Source: Nitriliruptorales bacterium
GTDB taxonomy: Bacteria > Actinomycetota > Nitriliruptoria > Nitriliruptorales > Nitriliruptoraceae
NCBI GenBank assembly: GCA_041591915.1
Contig: JBFHRB010000001.1
Span: forward strand, 1 to 53,959
Reading direction: 5' to 3'
Length of the DNA: 53,959 nucleotides
Shown here: positions 50,084 through 53,959 of the stretch, piece by piece
Layout: the number at the start of each line of letters is the position of its first letter
How positions within the stretch are numbered: position 1 is the stretch's first letter
Notes under the pieces: model-generated
What the model was told of the DNA's origin: nothing
The model's database searches: none
Seen by the model: the letters and a program-made list of their open reading frames with translations, nothing else
Made by a program: the position numbers and the translations under genes

Positions 50084-50152
50084 CGCCGCGCCCTGGCCGA
50101 CGTGGCGGCGCCGCCCCTAACCTCCGGCCCGCTGCCGCGATGGAGACCACGC

Positions 50153-50839
50153 GTGTCGTACTTCACGAAGAAGACCTTCGACTTCCTGTTCGACCTCGAC
50201 GTCAACAACAACAGGGCGTGGTTCGAGGACAACCGCAACCGCTTCGAGCAGCACGTCCGTGAGCCGATGCTGGCGTTCATCCGTGACATCGAGGGGCCGC
50301 TCCACAAGAAGGTCAGCAAGCACCTCGTCGCCGACGCCCGCAAGCAGGGTGGCTCGATGTTCCGCATCCACCGCGACGTGCGGTTCTCCAAGGACAAGTC
50401 GCCGTACAAGACCAACGTGGGCGCGCACTTCCGCCACGAGCTGGCCAAGGACGTGCACGCGCCGGGGGTGTACCTCCACCTCGAACCCGGCAACTGCTTC
50501 ATGGGGACCGGCATGTGGATGCCGGACACGCCGAGCCTCACGCGGATCCGTGACCGGATCGTCGACAAGCCTGCTGAGTGGAAGCGCGTGCGCAACGGCA
50601 AGTGGCTCGACGAGCACGGGTACACGCTGCAGGGCGAGCAGCTCAAGCGTGCCCCGAAGGGCTACGACCCCGAGCACGACCTCATCGACGACCTCCGGCG
50701 CAAGTCGTTCATGGTCGGGGTCGACCTCAAGGACGCCGAGGTCAAGCGCAAGACCTTCCTCGACGACTTCGTCGAGCGGGCCGCGGCCGCCAAGCCCCTG
50801 ATGCGGTTCCTGTGCCGCGCCCAGGGCGTCGAGTTCTGA
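50153..50839 (+). CDS. DUF2461 (TIGR02453-like) family protein
   Basis: Starts at GTG 50153 (VSYFTKKTFDFLFDLDVNNNRAWF). Contains FRIHRDVRFSKDKSPYKT. Confidence 0.8.
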   Translation: MSYFTKKTFDFLFDLDVNNNRAWFEDNRNRFEQHVREPMLAFIRDIEGPLHKKVSKHLVADARKQGGSMFRIHRDVRFSKDKSPYKTNVGAHFRHELAKDVHAPGVYLHLEPGNCFMGTGMWMPDTPSLTRIRDRIVDKPAEWKRVRNGKWLDEHGYTLQGEQLKRAPKGYDPEHDLIDDLRRKSFMVGVDLKDAEVKRKTFLDDFVERAAAAKPLMRFLCRAQGVEF

Positions 50840-50851
50840 CGCCTCGCGGGC

Positions 50852-51511
50852 TCAGCTCGGCGGGGTGCCGCGCAGGTACTTGTAGACGTTCACGAAGTTG
50901 GCGTTGACCTCGTCGGGCAACGGCACCATCTCGCCGAGCTGCCGCGCGCCGTGGATGATCTGCGCGGCGCGTTCCACCAGCGACGCGATGTGCAGCGTGC
51001 GTTCCAGGCTCGGCCCGATGGAGACGAGGCCGTGGTTGGCGAGGAGGGCCGCACCGACCTCGGTCATCAGCTTCGTCGCGTTGTCCGCGAGGTCCTGGGT
51101 CCCGCTCGGCGCGTACTCGGCGACCGGCACGCCGCCCCCGACGTACATCGTGAACTCGTCGACGATGGGCGGGATCGCCTCGCGCGTGATCGCGAACATC
51201 GTGGCGTAGACGGGGTGGGTGTGGATGACGGCGTTGACCTCGGGGTAGGTCACGTAGTTGGTCGTGTGGAGCGCCTTCTCCGACGACGGGTAGACGCCCT
51301 CGCGTCCCTCGACGAGCTCGCCCTGCATGTCGATGATCGTGAGGTCGTCGATCGTCATCGTCTCGTACGGGATCGACGACGGGGTGATGCAGCACCGCTC
51401 GTCGTCGATCCGCATGGAGACGTTGCCGGACGTCCCGGCCACGAGCCCCTTGGTGAGCATGTCCTTGGCGATGTGCAGGACGTGCTCCTTGACCTCGCTG
51501 ACGTCGCTCAC
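50852..51511 (-). CDS. Class II aldolase/adducin-family protein (fuculose-phosphate aldolase-like)
   Basis: Starts at GTG 51511, overlapping the upstream stop (GTGA). Motifs: GTSGNVS and AVIHTHP. The 624-aa track ORF is artefactual. Confidence 0.85.
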   Translation of the reverse strand: MSDVSEVKEHVLHIAKDMLTKGLVAGTSGNVSMRIDDERCCITPSSIPYETMTIDDLTIIDMQGELVEGREGVYPSSEKALHTTNYVTYPEVNAVIHTHPVYATMFAITREAIPPIVDEFTMYVGGGVPVAEYAPSGTQDLADNATKLMTEVGAALLANHGLVSIGPSLERTLHIASLVERAAQIIHGARQLGEMVPLPDEVNANFVNVYKYLRGTPPS

Positions 51512-52482
51512 TTCAGGACCTCCGGGTTCGCGCAGTGCAGTGGCTTCTGGCCTGCCAGCAGTCGCTGGAGGTCCGAGGCGATCATCTGGGAGTGGTTGGC
51601 CTCGGTGTCGTAGGTCGCGCCGCCGATGTGGGGGGTGAGGACCACGTTGTCCATCGCGCAGAGCGGGTGGTCCGGCGCGAGGTACTCGTTGGGGAAGTGG
51701 TCGAGCGCCGCGGCGGCGAGCTTCCCCGACTCGAGTGCGGCGACGAGGGCGTCCGTGTCGTGGAGCTTCGCGCGGGCGGAGTTCACGAAGATGGCGCCGT
51801 CCCGCATGTGGTCGAACTGCTCGGCGCCGATCAGGCCCTCGGTCTCCGGCACGACGACGGCGTGCATCGTGACGACGTCCGCCTCCGCCAGGAGGTCGTC
51901 GAGCGAGTGCGTCGCCTCGTCGTTGTAGGGGTCGTACGCGATGACGTGCATGCCGAGCCCCTCGAGCCGCCACTTCACCGCGCGGCCGATCGCTCCGAGG
52001 CCGACGATGCCCGCCGTCTTGCCCTTGAGCTCCCAGCCACGGAACCGCTGGTAGGGGAGGACGCCGTCCTTGAACATCTCGCCCGCGCGGACGTCGCGGT
52101 CGGCAGGGACGATGCGCCGGGCGGCAGCCATCAGGAGCGCAACCGTGATCTCGGCGACGCCGTCGGCGTTGCGGCCCGGGGCGTGCAGGACGGGGATGCC
52201 CTTCTCGGTGGCAGCTGCGAGGTCGACGTTGGTGGGGTCCCCGCGCGTGGAGCCGATCGCGACGAGGGGGACGTCGAGCACCGCGCCCTTCACCGAGTCG
52301 GCCTCGCAGATGAGGATGTCCGCGCCGAGCTCGGCGAGTCGGTCGGCCATCTCCTCCTCGCCGTGGAGCTTGACCGGTCGATGGTCGATCCAGGGATCGA
52401 GCGTCACGTCGGCGAGCTGACGGAGGAGGTCGAGTCCCGGACCGGTGAACGGTGCGGTGACGAGCGCGTGGTGATCCGGCAC
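51508..52482 (-). CDS. D-isomer-specific 2-hydroxyacid dehydrogenase (PGDH-like)
   Basis: Motifs: GKTAGIVGLGAIGRAV and the C-terminal LTPHIGGAT. Confidence 0.9.
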   Translation of the reverse strand: MPDHHALVTAPFTGPGLDLLRQLADVTLDPWIDHRPVKLHGEEEMADRLAELGADILICEADSVKGAVLDVPLVAIGSTRGDPTNVDLAAATEKGIPVLHAPGRNADGVAEITVALLMAAARRIVPADRDVRAGEMFKDGVLPYQRFRGWELKGKTAGIVGLGAIGRAVKWRLEGLGMHVIAYDPYNDEATHSLDDLLAEADVVTMHAVVVPETEGLIGAEQFDHMRDGAIFVNSARAKLHDTDALVAALESGKLAAAALDHFPNEYLAPDHPLCAMDNVVLTPHIGGATYDTEANHSQMIASDLQRLLAGQKPLHCANPEVLK

Positions 52483-52568
52483 GGGTTCCCCTGGCAGGTG
52501 GACAGCGTGGACCGCTGGCGTGATGATGCTCGCTCGGACCGGGCGTTGTCATTCGGAGGAGCGAACTC

Positions 52569-53873
52569 GTGGCCGTCACCGTCGGCATCGACATCGGCAC
52601 CACCTCGGTCAAGGCGGTCGCCGTCGACGACGACGGGAACGTGCTGCGGCGCACACGGGTACCACACGACGTCCACTTCCCGACGCCGACCCGCTTCGAG
52701 CACGACGCGATGGAGGCGTGGTGCACTGGGCCGAGGAAGGCCTGGGCCGACGTGCAGGGTGACGACGTCGAGGCCGTCGCCGTCTCGGCGATGGTGCCCA
52801 GCCTCTGCGCCGTGGACGACGACGGCTGCCCCCTGACGCCGGGACTGCTCTACGGCGACGAGCGGGGCGACGTCGCCGATCCGAGCCTGCCGACGGGCCT
52901 CGCGGGCGAGGGGACGGGCTTCCTCAGGTGGAGTGCGATCAAGGCGCCGGACGCCCACGGGTTCTGGCCCGCCCAGGCGGTCGCGAACTTCGCGCTGTCC
53001 GGCGTCGCCGCCATGGACCAGACCGCGGCCGCGGCCCTGTACCCCGTGTTCGACGGGACGACGTGGGTGGGGGAGGAGTTCGGCGCGACGCCCGAGATGT
53101 TCCCGGAGGTCGCGCCCCTGGGAGCGTCGATCGGCCGGGTCGGTGCCGAGGGGCCCGTGCTCGCCGGAGGCACGGTCGACGCGCTGGGTGAGCAGCTCGT
53201 GGCCGGCGAGACCCAGCCCGGTGACGTGCTCATCATGTGCGGGACGACGTTGCTCGTCTGGGTCGTGATCGACGAGTACCGGACGGTCGACGGGCTCTGG
53301 ACCATCCCGCACGTCATCCCCGGCCAGTTCCTGATCGGCGGCCCGTCGAACGCGGGCGGGCTGTTCCTCACCTGGGCGCGCGACCTGGTCGTCGACTCGC
53401 GTGGTCACGTGGACGCGGGGGAGGTCCCGGTCTGGCAGCCGTATCCGCGAGGCGAGCGCGTGCCGCTGCACGACCCGGCACGGCGGGCGAGCCTGCACGA
53501 CCTCGACATCGTCCAGCACCCGCAAGCCGTGCTGCGCGCGGCCTACGAGGCCAGCGGATTCGTGGCCCGCCGGATCATCGAGGCGTCGGGAGTTGCGCCG
53601 GGACGCCTGCTCGCGGTCGGCGGCGGCACCAAGGTGGAGACGTGGATGCAGGCGCTCGCCGATGCCACGGGCATCGATGTGCTGCCGGCGGCGAACCCGG
53701 AGGGCGGCGCGCTGGGCGCCGCGTGGGTCGCCCGCATGGCCGCGGGGCTCGAGACGGAGCTCGCTGCCGCCACCCGCTGGGGGCGGCACGGCGACCCCGT
53801 CGAGCCGGACCCTGTGTGGTCGGCCGCCATGGAGTCGCGCTACGCCCGGTTCCTGGAGTTGACCGAGGGGTAG
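52569..53873 (+). CDS. FGGY-family carbohydrate kinase (xylulokinase-like)
   Basis: The GTG start is preceded by GGAGGAG. Has VGIDIGTTSVKAV and a C-terminal GGG motif (LLAVGGGTK). Confidence 0.85.
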   Translation: MAVTVGIDIGTTSVKAVAVDDDGNVLRRTRVPHDVHFPTPTRFEHDAMEAWCTGPRKAWADVQGDDVEAVAVSAMVPSLCAVDDDGCPLTPGLLYGDERGDVADPSLPTGLAGEGTGFLRWSAIKAPDAHGFWPAQAVANFALSGVAAMDQTAAAALYPVFDGTTWVGEEFGATPEMFPEVAPLGASIGRVGAEGPVLAGGTVDALGEQLVAGETQPGDVLIMCGTTLLVWVVIDEYRTVDGLWTIPHVIPGQFLIGGPSNAGGLFLTWARDLVVDSRGHVDAGEVPVWQPYPRGERVPLHDPARRASLHDLDIVQHPQAVLRAAYEASGFVARRIIEASGVAPGRLLAVGGGTKVETWMQALADATGIDVLPAANPEGGALGAAWVARMAAGLETELAAATRWGRHGDPVEPDPVWSAAMESRYARFLELTEG

Positions 53874-53928
53874 GCCCTTCCGTCCACACCCCGGCGGACA
53901 GGGCCCCCGACGCAACTTCCCTGTTCCC

Positions 53929-53942
53929 TGACACGCGTGTCA
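53929..53942. promoter_or_regulatory. Palindromic operator-like site, perfect 14-mer TGACACGCGTGTCA, at the right window edge
   Basis: Context is TTCCCTGACACGCGTGTCATATATGGT. TATGGT (53945-53950) follows on the plus strand. The target gene would lie beyond the window. Confidence 0.65.
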
Positions 53943-53959
53943 TATATGGTGCGGCAGGA

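Noticed and set aside
50084-50111. GCGCCGC-N14-GCGGCGC downstream of the DUF2510 gene, considered as a terminator.
   Set aside because: The stem is only 7 bp with a 14-nt loop and no U-tract. Stability and significance are doubtful.
50145-50158. GACCACGCGTGTCG, resembling the operator core, at the DUF2461 start.
   Set aside because: Only the CACGCGTGTC core matches. Both outer TGA/TCA arms are missing, and the sequence overlaps the GTG start codon. It is probably coincidental.
52498-52512. GTGGAC-N3-GTGGAC in the kinase/dehydrogenase gap, considered as related to the GTGGACATCT repeats at the protease gene.
   Set aside because: Only the hexamer is shared, and GTGGAC (Val-Asp codons) is frequent in this GC-rich sequence. 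The evidence for a common element is insufficient.

Overview
Very GC-rich, actinobacterial-type chromosomal segment. GC was judged by eye, not computed. It is gene-dense: about 48 protein genes, most with overlapping or near-abutting boundaries. I saw no rRNA, tRNA, CRISPR array, transposase or integrase. The many long R/P/G/A-rich ORFs in the six-frame track are antisense or out-of-frame artefacts of the GC content.

Most of the window (about 0.7-49 kb) is a CoA-dependent catabolic supercluster:
- 7 acyl-CoA dehydrogenase (ACAD) paralogues, including two head-to-head long/short pairs
- 5 adenylate-forming CoA ligases, two of them PaaK-like
- 2 enoyl-CoA hydratases
- a family III CoA-transferase
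- an SCP-x-type thiolase next to an HMGS/KAS-III-like::DUF35 fusion
- several SDRs, one Hsd4A-like
- a Zn-ADH
- 4 alpha/beta hydrolases
- an amidase and an amidohydrolase_2 protein
- a hydantoinase/oxoprolinase B-methyltransferase-A operon
- a cupin / hydrolase / HD-domain operon

Genes that look unrelated are interspersed:
- a DUF222-HNH (REP13E12-like) gene plus ung and an OsmC-family gene
- a Wzx-like flippase plus an ATP-grasp protein
- a large secreted metzincin with cell-wall-binding repeats
- DUF2510 and DUF2461 proteins
- a sugar-type module (class II aldolase, 2-hydroxyacid dehydrogenase, FGGY kinase)

The most striking signal is not a gene. A palindromic operator-like element, consensus about CCCTGAC(R)CGCG(Y)GTCAGGG (TGAC-N6-GTCA, with some N5 variants), occurs 12 times. 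By eye it appears only in 5' non-coding gaps of the catabolic transcription units, next to or overlapping TANNNT -10-like hexamers. One site sits between two mirror-symmetric, apparently leaderless divergent promoters. No DNA-binding regulator gene is present in the window. The only signalling gene is a soluble orphan histidine kinase at the end of one of these operons. The substrate of the cluster and the cognate regulator are unknown.

All family calls come from motif recognition in the translated ORFs and need database confirmation.
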